Origin: Paraspadella gotoi
Lineage: Eukaryota; Animalia; Chaetognatha
DNA length: 64,000 nucleotides
NCBI GenBank assembly: GCA_051294375.1
Contig: CM119263.1
Location: 14,807,574 to 14,871,573, forward strand
Reading direction: 5' to 3'
The position numbers and the translations under genes are program-made. Positions 38,406-50,246 of the stretch are shown piece after piece (position 1 is the first letter of the stretch; each line of letters opens with the position of its first letter). A model generated the notes under the pieces. The model worked only from the letters and a program-made list of their open reading frames with translations. It made no database searches and had not been told where the DNA came from.

Positions 38406-39899
38406 GAGAGAGAGAGAGAGAGAGACAGAGAGAGAGAGAGAGATAAATAAATAAGAAAAGTTTATTATTGACAATTACCGGAAAAAATATTTTTCGAAAA
38501 GCGCTGATGACTTCAAAGTTTCTATTTCGGAAGGATGATTTTGTTTCTTTGAATTCTTTTTTAAGCATAATAACCGAGGAAAAAAACGAATGCTGGAAGT
38601 CGCTTGGCAGGATCAGAACTGGTTTTATTTTCAGGACGGGAGGTGAAGAACCTGTAAGGATCGCATCCAGTGGTTTTCTCTTTCTTTATATAAAATTTGA
38701 AAATAAAAATAGAGGGTAGGTAAAGTTTGATTCACGTATTTAGAAAAACGGGCGTTAACAATATTGCTGGTTAATTTTAGGTTATCGGAAGCATTTGAAT
38801 AATTCTTATTCCGTAACCAACGCTTTAACTATTTATAAATACATTTACTCAGAAGCTGTTCAGCTTGAAAACTGTAAAAAAACGAGTCAAGCCGCTTAGC
38901 GGAAAAAAAAATTTATAGCAAAAGTAACTTTTCAACTTTTGATTTTTTTTTTTAATTTAAAAAAAAAAATTTCCGACTTAGTGGTAAATATTGAGAAAAA
39001 AAAAGATTTTACTGAGGAAACGCGACGTTAATTAACGACCGCCAGACTTTTACGGTTCTCGGTAAATCTGGGCGTCTAATACTGAAAACCACACCAGAAA
39101 GCTAATGGGTAAAAGTGCTAAGTGAAATTTAATAAGATTGAAGGGCCCTCAGTGAAGACTGAAGACGTATAAAGAATAAAAAGATAAGAAGTTGAGAAAC
39201 TGCGTGTACCTAATACCGTCGCATGACGCGTGACGCAGGCCAACACGTGACGAGGCCCTCGTGACGTAAACCCGCCTCGCTGGTTCCTCGAAAGATGGAT
39301 TTATGGAACCAAAACAACGCAAAGTTAACGAGACCGGAGTTCCGGAGAAAAAAAAAATTATGCCGGCGCTCGGCAGAAATTAGCCGAAAGCCTCCGGTGA
39401 TAAATATTTAAACGTTAGTCGCAATAACAAATAAATCCGGATATGCAAATTTTTTTATATTCATCGCAAAAAAAAAAGAATTGAGAGAACACGATTCGAT
39501 GTGTTTCGATTTGTTTTTTCTCGCAACTCAGATTTAAGTTTCAATTTCTTTATTTTTAGCCAAGACAGCTGGTCGTCAAAGAAAGAAAAGATTGCTTTTT
39601 CTTTCCCTTTTTTTTCAATTTCAAAATTTGATTAAAACGGAATTAGAAGCTAATTAAATTACACAAAGGAACCGTTTCTACGCTCTCTCTCTCTCNNNNN
39701 NNNNNNNNNNNNNNNNNNNNATCATGTGTGTAGATGTATATATATATGTCGAGCTTTGCAATTTATCCGTATCTTAGTCTCTTCTCACATCTGATGCTGA
39801 TCGAGCTTACAGTCAGACCCAGAGGACAGGACGCTGAAGGCCGTACGACGCGCTGGCTGCTAGACACTGGTCAGGCAGGCCGCCGGTCGCGAGGCCGTC

Positions 39900-40650
39900 A
39901 CACGCCCGGGACAGCGGGATCAGCCCGCCGCCGCAGCCGCTGCCTTCCGGCTACGGGCGACGCCTCAATCGCAAGTTAATGTTGTCCCGTTTTCTTAATC
40001 ATTTTCTGTATCATTCGTCTTTGAGTTTACCGTTTTTGTTGTTGTTGTTGTTATTGTTGTTTTGCCAAGTTCGTGAAATTCTAGTATGCGTTAGTCTCGT
40101 ATAGATTTTCGTCTCATACTTACTGTATATCTTATTTTTTTTTTTCACTCTCATGAGATTCTTTTTCCACTCGAGTCAGCTGGCAAAGAATTGTATCCTT
40201 TTCTTAGATTATTTGGAGAAACGGGAGTCGGGGATGTGTATTCGTGCGGTAGGAGATGTTTTATGTTTTGCTGGCGTATGTGTGTGACTGAAACAGAGTG
40301 AGAATGAGAGAGAGAGGAGAGAGAGTAGAGCGAGAGAGAGAGAAGAGATGAGAGAGAGAGAGAGAGAGAGAGAGTAGAGGAATGAGACCTTAAACGTTAA
40401 GCACCGATGACCGTGAAGGATTTTACAGACGAAACAGACCAGGGATGAGCGATTCAGGCGCGTCGAGAAGTTTACTGGGAGAGAAGAGAGGAGAGCCAAC
40501 AACAACAATAAAAAACCGGTAAACTCAAGCGAATGATTACGAAAAGATGTAGAAACGGGGACAAATTATCTTGCGATTGAGGCGTCGCCCGTAGCCGGAA
40601 GGCGGCGGCTGCGGCGGCGGCTGCGTTAGCAGCGGCGTCGCCGGCAGCGT
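39900..40650. repeat. Inverted repeat (about 39925-40055 versus 40495-40620, noisier beyond), probably a fold-back artefact
   Basis: GCCTTCCGGCTACGGGCGACGCCTCAATCGCAAG occurs on + at about 39942 and on - at about 40570-40603. Confidence 0.75.
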
Positions 40651-43441
40651 CGCCCGGGGGAGGAGTCATCAGCCAACGGAGAAGGACAAAGAACGAAATT
40701 GAAAGGACGGGATGCGAAAGTCTACGGAGGGGAATGGTGGACGGAGAGACCGATAAGTAGTTTGTCTTTGATAACCTGCTCCGAAGGTAAATTATAAGAC
40801 AAAAAACATTATCAGTAAAACTTTAGTGCTTTAGCTTTAAACACGATTCACCTTTCAAGTGACTATTACACTGAAACTTTATNNNNNNNNNNNNNNNNNN
40901 NNNNNNNNNNNNNNNNNNNNNNNNNNNNNNNNNNNNNNNNNNNNNNNNNNNNNNNNNNNNNNNNNNNNNNNNNNNNNNNNNNNNNNNNNNNNNNNNNNNN
41001 NNNNNNNNNNNNNNNNNNNNNNNNNNNNNNNNNNNNNNNNNNNNNNNNNNNNNNNNNNNNNNNNNNNNNNNNNNNNNNNNNNNNNNNNNNNNNNNNNNNC
41101 AGGGTAGCAAGATAAAACTCATTTTACTTGTCCAAAAATACTTCGTTTATTATAAATTGAATCGACATTCATAAAAGACACAAAGGTGATTTTAATTTAA
41201 ATTAATTCCGAGTGGTTTTCATTTTTATTTAGTTTAACGAGCAAAACTGTTCCGTTGGCGCAGAACTATGATAAAAGTAGAATTGTAGATAGAAAAACCG
41301 GTAATCAAGGTCAGTTACATTACTGCCAATGAAACCAGCCCCTGGTTTCAAATTAATTTAAAAAAAAATATCTCTTTATCGTCAACCGGCTGGCGTCTCA
41401 TCTCCGCGCACTGTATTCCATTCAGCGACGATGTTGGAGATTCCATTGAAGCCTCCGTTGGACGAATGAGAAACGGGAAATAAATTGAAGGAAAGGAAAT
41501 GATAAATCGCAGGGGGAAGATCGGGGGGAGGGAAGAGTAGTATTTATTGATGGAAAAGTAAAGGACACTCAGGAACGTGAGAAAATTAAACTCGGGTTTA
41601 GAAATGTAATGGGAAGATAAATCATTTGGAGGAAAAAAAAAAGAGCAATGGAAGGAAAGGGGAACTGCGATGGCGTCCCTGCGCTGTCGTCGCCTCGTCG
41701 CCTCACAAATGCTCGTAGGAAAAAAAAAANNNNNNNNNNNNNNNNNNNNNNNNNNNNNNNNNNNNNNNNNNNNNNNNNNNNNNNNNNNNNNNNNNNNNNN
41801 NNNNNNNNNNNNNNNNNNNNNNNNNNNNNNNNNNNNNNNNNNNNNNNNNNNNNNNNNNNNNNNNNNNNNNNNNNNNNNNNNNNNNNNNNNNNNNNNNNNN
41901 NNNNNNNNNNNNNNNNNNNNNNNNNNNNNNNNNNNNNNNNNNNNNNNNNNNNNNNNNNNNNNNNNNNNNNNNGGGGAGTAGAGAGGGGAGAGTAGAAGGA
42001 AGAAGGAAAAGAAAGAGCCAGATGGTGAACTCGACCGATAGTAAAATGCGAGTTTAGACTTAGTTTAGATGAGTGGGGAGCGTTCAATCGAGGAACCCCT
42101 TAGGGTTGCGAGATTTTTTGGGGATACTCTGACGGTGACGGGGGGGGGGTATCAATTTACGCCTCGGTTTTTCTGGGATTACAAGGATGTGATGTTTAAT
42201 AGAGGGTCTTTGCAGCTGACGGGATATTTAGGCCCTTACTGAGAGGGCGTCATATCTAATTGCGGTCATTTTTGGAAGTATGCGATCGTCACGTGATGTT
42301 TAATTGAGCGTCTTATTTATGGGGATCCGTACTCATTGTGTAAACTGTAATGTGTACAATCGGAGGCCCACTTTGAAGTCTCGGCGAGGGACCAATGGCG
42401 TTTGAGAGTGGGCCCGATATGGTTTTTATCGAGGGCCCTCTTTGGTACTAGTCCGTGGGAAATCTCGTGTAGGCGTTCAGTGTTTCCACGTCGTCAATTA
42501 ACTTTCCCCAGGGAGGAAAAACAACCGTCAATTACAATCAACCGGCGAAGGGAGGAAGGGAAAGAGAAGGGGAAAAAAGGGAGGAGGTAGCAGGGTGACG
42601 GGCGAAGCGGCGGGGGGAAAAAAAAACAGTAGAGTGTTTTGCGCGCTGCGTCGAGTTTCCGGTTAATCGAACTGGGAAAGTTACGACTGGATTGGCCGTG
42701 ATGACATGACAGTGATACAAAGTTGGCGTTCGGTGTTTGATGCTTGCGTCGGGTGCTATAATTACGAGATGCAACTTTATGTCGTTAGATATAAGCTGCG
42801 TTCGTTCTTGACTTTTAAAAGATTCACCGTGATCTTCGTTTGTTTTTCGAAAGGTCAAGGTTGAAATAAATAGAATCATAAACATAGAAGAGGCACCTTT
42901 TCGAGCAAGAATATATAAAAAAAAAAAAAAAAAAATGCGAGAGGACAAACAAAATGGGAGCGAATGATATGAAGGGCGAAATAAATGGAGAAGAAAGAAA
43001 AACATAAACCTGGATATGACGGATTCGATGCGAAAAAAATATTAATAAGAGGAATTATGCAGGATATGCCTGTTACTTGTTCTCTTGGGAGGCTGAAATA
43101 TTCGGAATAAGTGTTGTAATCTTATTATTAATTATTTCTATACTAATTTTAGGACGAAAACTGCCTGTGATTTTCTTATTTAAAAAGCAGTGAAATTTAG
43201 CTTAGTTTTGAAAATTTTTTATACCAGCCGGTTAAGATTTTTATATCAATTATTAAATAAAAACCGGAATATCAATCATTTTGTTTTAAAAGTACTATAA
43301 TATTACATTTTATCCGACAAATTTCACCGCGTGACGATACAAGAAAGACACAGACAATAATTCTCTGGAGTCTCAAGGCTTTTTTTTTCTCTCGCAGCAA
43401 TTTCTTTCTTAAGCTCTCTCTCTCTCTCTCTTCTCTCTCTC

Positions 43442-43492
<51 letters not shown>

Positions 43493-44882
43493 CCTCCGTT
43501 TTCTTCCCCTTCATCTCTTCTGGATTCTTCCTATACTTTTTCTCTTTCTTTTCGTTTCTGCGCCATTATCCGTATTCTGTCACTCTGTTTTTCCTCATAT
43601 TCTTTCTCCTTTCTCGAGTTCTTCATATACATCTTTTTTTTTCTCATCAGATTCAGTTATTTCGTCTCGTTCTTCTTCTTTTCTCGCTCTTCTACCTCCT
43701 TTTTCCACATCTCTCCGTCATTTCCGGTTTTCCAATTAGGCCCAACGCCAAGCGTCGAGGGAGACATGAAAGAATGAAGGAAACAAGAGAAGAGAAGAAG
43801 GAGGAAAGAGAGAGCAAAAGAAACGTGGAATCGAGACGAGAGAACGACTTTGAGAAAGAGAGAAAGAGGGAAATGGTAAAAATAATATATAGAAGTGAAT
43901 TAGAGATGACGACATCAACGGAGAGGAAGGAAAATCTTGGGGTAAAAAAAGATTTGGATTCAACACAAATTTTTAAAAAAAGAAAAAACATCAAAAAGAA
44001 CAAACAAACAAACCAAAAAAAAAAAAAAACCCAGAAAAAGATACAAAAATCTTGTCAGCGCGACGTTCATTGGCTTGTTAACTTCTGACGTGAAGAACAT
44101 AATTAACTCAAGAAACAAGAAGATACTTATGTGAAATGAGATACGAATTAAAAAAACAATAAATAAGAAAAAAGAGAGATTAAATACGATAAACAAATTA
44201 AACATATGAATGGAATGACAAGAGACCGAAACGACAAAGTATAGAATCAATATCCTCGAGAGAAAAAAAAAAGAAAAACATCCGAATCTAGAAGAAAAAA
44301 ATTACAAAACGAAGTAAAAAAATTTAAAAAAATTAGAAAAAGGGAAACCGAAGCTGGTTTCCACCGCGGATGCGTATTCGATCTTCTTGGAAGCTTTATT
44401 AAAAAAAACGTCGCCATGGAATCCTCAATTTCCTTTTTTTTTTCTCTGTCGATATTTTTTTGAATTTTTTATTCGCTCGGAGTGTGGGTCGCGAAGTGAG
44501 AGCTAAGTTGTGCAATCTGTGTGAGGAGGCCAAGAATAAAAAAAAGGGATAAGATGAAGAGTTTGAAGACGAACGAAGCGATTCAAGGATGGTTATTAAA
44601 TTAATACGTAATATTCATAGATGAGATATTTTAATATTGTCTTTACTCGATTTGGGGATAAGCGTGTCGGAGTCGGTGTCGCACTCGAGCGAGCCAACGT
44701 CGCCCGCGAGATTCCATGTTTATTATTTTTTCCAGATTTTCATTTTTATTCTTTACGCATTCAAATCCCACGGATTTCATCCCCGCGAATTTTTTATCCT
44801 CTTTTCGGAGAAATTTTTTTTTTTTCTGTTAATAATCTCTCTTCCTTCGAGCTCGTCGTCTGAAGATTGCATTTTTTGAGGG

Positions 44883-45108
44883 TGTGACCAACAAGTTTCA
44901 GAGTAAGAATGATTTATTCTTCAACAACGTTATAAACAATAACAGTCAAAATGCTCAGATGCTAAGTCTATTACAATGGTATTTACAAAGGTCAACGTTT
45001 GACCATAAAGGTCAACGTTTGACATAAATAAGTTGGGGAATTGAGCGAGATAAGTTCAGTAAGGTCATGTGGTTTGACCGTGGTGCGTGTTCTCGATGTT
45101 CGTCCACA
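44883..45108 (-). repeat. 3' LTR of copy 1
   Basis: Matches 50019-50246 apart from small indels; preceded on - by the PPT. Confidence 0.92.
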
Positions 45109-48100
45109 CATCCCCCCACCAAGCCTTTGACCGGGTGGGGAGAAGCTTGAAGGAGTTATTGGATTGCGTCGTCGTTTTCATCGTCGTCTTCCGGCGGCTG
45201 AAGCATCGTCGGAAGGATGCTGATAAGACCAGGGATTGATGAAGATTGTCGGCTAGCGACTTGCGGCGTAGTGGAAACGCGAGTGGCGTCGCTTCCGTTT
45301 CCGGAGGCGGGGCGTGGATGGAGCTGCTGAACACGCGGCGACCATGTGGTCGCCCCTGCGGTGGATCAGGTAGTGCGACTTCCGCTTCAGTGGCGGAGCT
45401 GTTGAAGTACGCGGGCGACCGCGTGGTCGCGCCTGCGGTGGTCAGGTGGTGCGACTTCATCGTGATGGCAGGTTTGAGTCGATCAACAGAGATCACTTCG
45501 ACGCCACGGCCGGTATTTCGATTTTGAAAGTTTTTGGACCATGTTCGAGGACGTTGTAAGGGCCGTCGTAAGGCGTTGGAGCGGCGTCGAATGTCGTCGC
45601 GTCGGATGTAGACCGTCGGCGTCAGCGGCATTTCCGGCACATGAGAGGGCGGCGCCGCATGCCAAGCGGCAGGCAGAGGCTGCATGAGAGCAACATCTGC
45701 TCGAAGATTGTCGAGGATTCGCGAGCGGCGCGGCGTCGACGTCGGTTGTTGGACCGGAAGTAGCTCGCCAGGGAGCGTCAGAGTCTCACCCAGCGTTAGC
45801 TCTGCGGGGAGGCGTCTGAATCTTCTCGCGGAGTTGCGCGGAGGCTCAAGAGAGTCCATGGGAGCTGCGCCAGCCAGTTATGTCCGGCGGCGTCGCAGCG
45901 GGCGCGAGGGCTGCCTTTAGCGTCCGATGAAGGCGCTCGACCATCCCGTTGGCTTGGGGTGTAGGCGGTCGTCGTGGAAGGGTCAAAGCCGACTACCGCC
46001 GCCACTTGGCGCCACAATTCCGATGTGAATGCGCGCCACGATCGGTGGTGACGACGGAAGGAACGCCAAACCGGGAGACCCAGTTCTGCAGGAAGGCGGC
46101 GCGACGGAGGCGGCGGAGGTGTCACGAAGCGCGCCGCCTCCGGCCAGCGCGTGAAGCGTCAATCATCGTCAGAAGATGAGTATGACCAGAGACGGCTGCA
46201 GGGCCCACCAGATCAATGTGAACGTGAGCGAAACGTTTGGCTGGTGGTTCGAATTTCTGGAGTGGCGCGCGGACGTGGCGCTGCGTCTTGGCGCGCTGGC
46301 AAGTGTCGCATGACCCTGCCCATCGTGCAATGTCGGATGAGGCTGATGGCCATACGAAGCGCGTCGTCACAAGCTTTTGGACGCGCGAACTCCCGGGTGA
46401 GCGATGCCATGGGTGGCATCAAAAACGCGTCGGCGCCATGACGCCGGAACGAGTGGGCGTGCCGGGAGCCGGAGATGTCGCAAATGAGCGTCGTGTTGCT
46501 GATTGGGACGTTTTGAGACGGAGCGCCGTATGGGATCATTGAGAAGCCGTTGGACATCGTCGTCAGTGCTTGATCAGCCGCCATTGCCTCAAAGTTGACT
46601 TGGAGGGCGCCGACGGCGTTGACGGTGGCGCGATGTCCTCGCGCTCTTTTTGCGCGTTCAAGTTCGCTTTAGGTTGATCTGTAGGATGTCGACGGTGGCG
46701 GCGCTGGCGAAGGAGTTGGCGGCGGGAGAGGCGTCAGCGACGACGTTCGCCTTTCCGGCATGTGACGATGTCGCCGTATATTCGGCGATGCCCGCCAGTT
46801 GATAGGTTTGCCTCATGGTGTGAGGCTCGGCCTTCTTCGCAGCGCCGGCACGAGCGAGATGTGGTCGCTAAAAAGTGTGAAACGGCGTCCTTCAACGTAT
46901 GGTCGGAAATGGCGGATTGATGCGTGAGCGCGAGGAGTTCTTGTCGAACGGCGGCCATTTGCGTTGGTTGGATTTCAGTGGCTTTGAATGAATCCCAGGG
47001 TTGCCATTGGCCGTCGACGAGCTGTTCGAGGACGGCACCGACGGCAACGTCGAGGGCGTCGACAGTGAGAGCGAGAGGAGCGCCGTCGATCGGGTGGACC
47101 AGCATTGTGGAGTCGGCAAGGGCGTCCTGATCGCTGGAAGCGGCGTCCTGCGGGGCGCCCATTTTAGCACACGTGGCTTTCCACGGAGGACTTCGAGGAG
47201 GGGGTCGAGATGATGTGCAGCGTGGGGTACGAATCGACGATAGTAGTTGAAAACCCCCAGGAAACGTGAAGTTCTTGACGGTGGTGGGCGTGGCCATCTC
47301 GCGTAGCGCCTCTACTTCGACGGAAGGGCGGACGCCATCTTTGTTGACGTTGTAGCCGAGAAACTCCAGGTGGAGCACCGAAAACGCATTTGGCGCGGTT
47401 GACGATGAGGCCTTGTCGGCGAGGGCGTTGAAGACACGCTTGAGGTCCTCCTGATGCTCTTCGTGAGAATGTGATGCTACGAGGAGGTCATCTAAGTAGA
47501 CGAAGACGTGGGGAATGCCGCTCAGGACTTGATCCATCATACGTTGGAAATCCTGACCGGCGTTTTTCAACCCAAATGGCATGAGAGGAACTCATAGAGG
47601 CCGAACGGCGTGATGATCGCCGTTTTATGACGATCTTCTTTCGCGACGGGGATCTGGTGGTACCCTTGCAGAGGTCGATCTTCGAGAAGACCGTCTTCCC
47701 GGCGACATCGGCGTTGAAGTCCATGAGGTGGCGGATCGGTAGCGATCGTCGACGGTGACACCATTGAGGCGTCGATAGTCACCGCATGGACGAAGGGAGC
47801 CGTCGGTTTCCGAGTGACGTGTAGCGGCGACGCCCACGCAGACGTTGAGCGCCGGATAATCCCGAGTTCCAGCATCTTCTCAAACTCGGCCTTGGCGCGG
47901 CGAGCTGATCAGGGGCGAGGCGGCGAGCGCGGGCAAAACGGGCGGACCTTTCGTTGGAATATGATGCTCGACGCCGTGCTTGGGTGGCGCCGAGTTAAAG
48001 ACGAGTTTCGTGAGTTCTGGTCGCCATCTAAAAGAGAGGAGTAGGCGTCGCGGACGTGGAGGACCGGGACGGCGCCGCGCGGAGCGGCGTCGTGGCATGG

Positions 48101-48485
48101 CAGAGATGACCATGTAATGTCAAGATCGAGGAGGATGCGGCGTTGATGATCAACACCGAGATGGTGCTCCATCAAAAAGTCGGCGCCGAGAAGGGCGTGG
48201 CGACATCGGCGATGATGACGAGATACGGGAAAACGCGTTTCCGAGTCGAATCCCCATCTCTCGGATGCCGAAAGTTTCGATCGCGTGTCGTTGGCGGCGC
48301 GGAGTGGCGGGCATTGGCGGCGCGAGCGCCGCCTTGACGGCGGCAGGTCCGCCTTGGCGGCGGCACGATCGGCGGAGAGGCGGGGATGAGCGTCGCCTCG
48401 GAGCCGCCGTCGACGAGCCACTCCAGGCCGCGTCAGGGTCGCGCCGAGGAAGAGTTTTGAGTCGTTTCGGCCGGCGACCGGGCGA
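45065..48485 (-). pseudogene. pol: pol polyprotein (PR-RT-RNaseH-INT), frameshifted in this assembly
   Basis: WLVDGGSEATLIP (protease), SAWASPLHV / YHQIPVA...KTAIITPFGLYEF / MPFGLKNAGQDFQR / VYLDD (RT), LTVDA.DVAVGAVLEQ (RNase H), CDTCQRAK, HVHIDLVGP and PYDGPY (integrase). The frameshifts may be sequencing errors. Confidence 0.9.
45109..45122 (-). other. Polypurine tract (PPT)
   Basis: TTGGTGGGGGGATG immediately before TGTGGACG of the 3' LTR. Confidence 0.85.
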
Positions 48486-49682
48486 CTAGCGGCCGCCGGC
48501 GTTGGCATTTGACGGTGCCATTGGGCATGGGCGGCCGTCGCGGTTAGTTCCATGGCATTTGAACGCGTTGGCACCAAAGTTGAAGTGGTAGAAACACTTG
48601 GCTCACCCATGGCGGTTCGCGGTGTGAGGGAGCGGGCGTCAAAAATTGGGCGCCGTTGCTGCTGCGTGCGCTGCTGCATTGGCGTTGCTGTGATGGCGCT
48701 GCTGTGAGAAGGGGCGCTGCGTTGAGCGCGGAGTGGTCGTCTTACTGCGTTTGCGTACGAGATGGCGGCGTTGCTATCTCGGTTGATGAATCGTCAGAAG
48801 CTCCAGTGGCTGTCCGATGTGACCTCACTGGAGGTGACGCGTTCACCGTGATGAGGGCGATCGGAGCTTCTGAGTTGCCAGACGGAGGAAGAATTCGTCG
48901 CATCCTTGGCGATGTCGACGGGCTTTTTGTCTTCCTGACAGCGTGTTCCGGACGCTTTGAGGAAGGGCGGCAGCCAAGATGCGCTTGATATTATCTATGT
49001 GAGGCCTTCGAGACGCGTCGATCGCAGAGAGGTGCTGGGAAGGAGTGACCTTTCAGTGACGTCATCTTCAGCGCTTTTGCGGCGCGCCTGTTGGCATCTT
49101 CGCCATAGATCTTCTGCAAGTGGAGGACCAGTTCTTGTGAGCGTCGGGACCTTCGTCGATGCGAAGACCGTGTGGATCAGCCGGTGGCGGGAGATTGGTA
49201 TGGCGCTGAGGGTTAGCGCCTTCTTCTCCGCCGGCTCGGTGACGCCGGTGGCGCCGAATCCACAGCGGTGTGGTCTAGCCACTCTTCGATGTGTCCGGGT
49301 CGAAGTCGTCAGCTTAGGATTTCTCCTTCTTGCAGGGGCACTGGAAGGAGGTCGAGGTGGGTTGGTTGTCCCGGGGGCGGCGTCGCTGGCGCCGTCTTCC
49401 ACTGATGGGGCAACTCCGTTGAAGCGGTGCTTGCGTCCGCTGAAGGAGGCTTGGTCTTTCCGTTACCGCGGCTAGTTTGGCATTGATCTCAAAGACCATT
49501 TGAAAAGTTTCTCAATTTGTACTTCGGAGACGTCGCGGATGAGGAGCGGCGTCGTGGAACGCGTCATCTCGGCCGGCGTTGTCGGAGTGGGAAGCGTTTC
49601 GCGTAGTCACAGGCATGGCGGTCTCCTCTTCGTCAGCTGGCGTTGCAGGGCGTGAGACACTTGGATGGTGTGAATGCGGCAT
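48486..49682 (-). pseudogene. gag: gag, frameshifted in this assembly
   Basis: Candidate ATG at 49682; C-terminal KCFYHFNFGANAFKCHGTNRDGRPCPMAPSNANAGGR then TAG at 48488-48486. Confidence 0.75.
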
Positions 49683-50000
49683 TTAAAAAAGGTAATTCAA
49701 TTTGAAAATTATTTGCGTTTGAAAAATGGTTCGAGTTGAAAAATGATTCAATTTTAAAAATACTCGTTTGAGTTGAAAAAAAAAAAATATGAGTTAAAAA
49801 AAATATTGTTTGGGTTGAAAAAGAAAAAAATAGTTGAAAGATGATTCGAATCGAAAAAACTTTAAAGAGAAAAAATATTTGGCAAAAACGCGAGAGATTT
49901 GTTTCGATTTCGTTGAGTTTCGTTTTTCTTTGTTTTGCTTCTTTCTTTTTTTGTTTTTTTTTGTTTTGTTTTGTCTCGTTTTATCTTATTTTGTATTTTC

Positions 50001-50016
50001 CACGTCGGGCTCACCA
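50001..50016 (-). other. Primer binding site complementary to tRNA-Trp
   Basis: TGGTGAGCCCGACGTG 2 nt from the 5' LTR; one mismatch to the complement of the animal tRNA-Trp 3' end (CACGUCGGGGUCACCA). Confidence 0.85.
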
Positions 50017-50018
50017 CG

Positions 50019-50246
50019 TGTGGACGCAACAAGTTTCAGAGTAAGAATGATTTATTCTTCAACAACGTTATAAACAATAACAGTCAAAATGCTCAGATGC
50101 TAAGTCTATTACAATGTATTTACAAAGGTCAACGTTGACCATAAAGGTCAACGTTTTGACCATAAATAAGTTGGGGAATTGAGCGAGATAAGTTCAGTAA
50201 GGTCATGTGGTTGACCGTGGTTGCGTGTTCTCGATGTTCGTCCACA
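50019..50246 (-). repeat. 5' LTR of copy 1 (228 bp)
   Basis: 8-bp inverted termini TGTGGACG...CGTCCACA; AATAAA on - at 50051-50056. Confidence 0.93.

Larger units (their letters stand above)
44883..50246 (-). mobile_element. Full-length Ty3/Gypsy LTR retrotransposon, CsRn1/Kabuki-like (copy 1)
   Basis: Two LTRs, AGGG target-site duplication (44879-44882 and 50247-50250), PBS, PPT, domain order gag-PR-RT-RH-INT, CHCC gag motif, tRNA-Trp primer. Confidence 0.95.

Noticed and set aside
45065-49682. Biologically dead, ancient retroelement
   Set aside because: Disruptions are indels typical of read error, while the LTRs are near-identical and the TSD is intact, so decay is not demonstrated.
50001-50016. 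tRNA gene fragment
   Set aside because: Only the 16-nt PBS match next to the LTR; no cloverleaf or A/B boxes.
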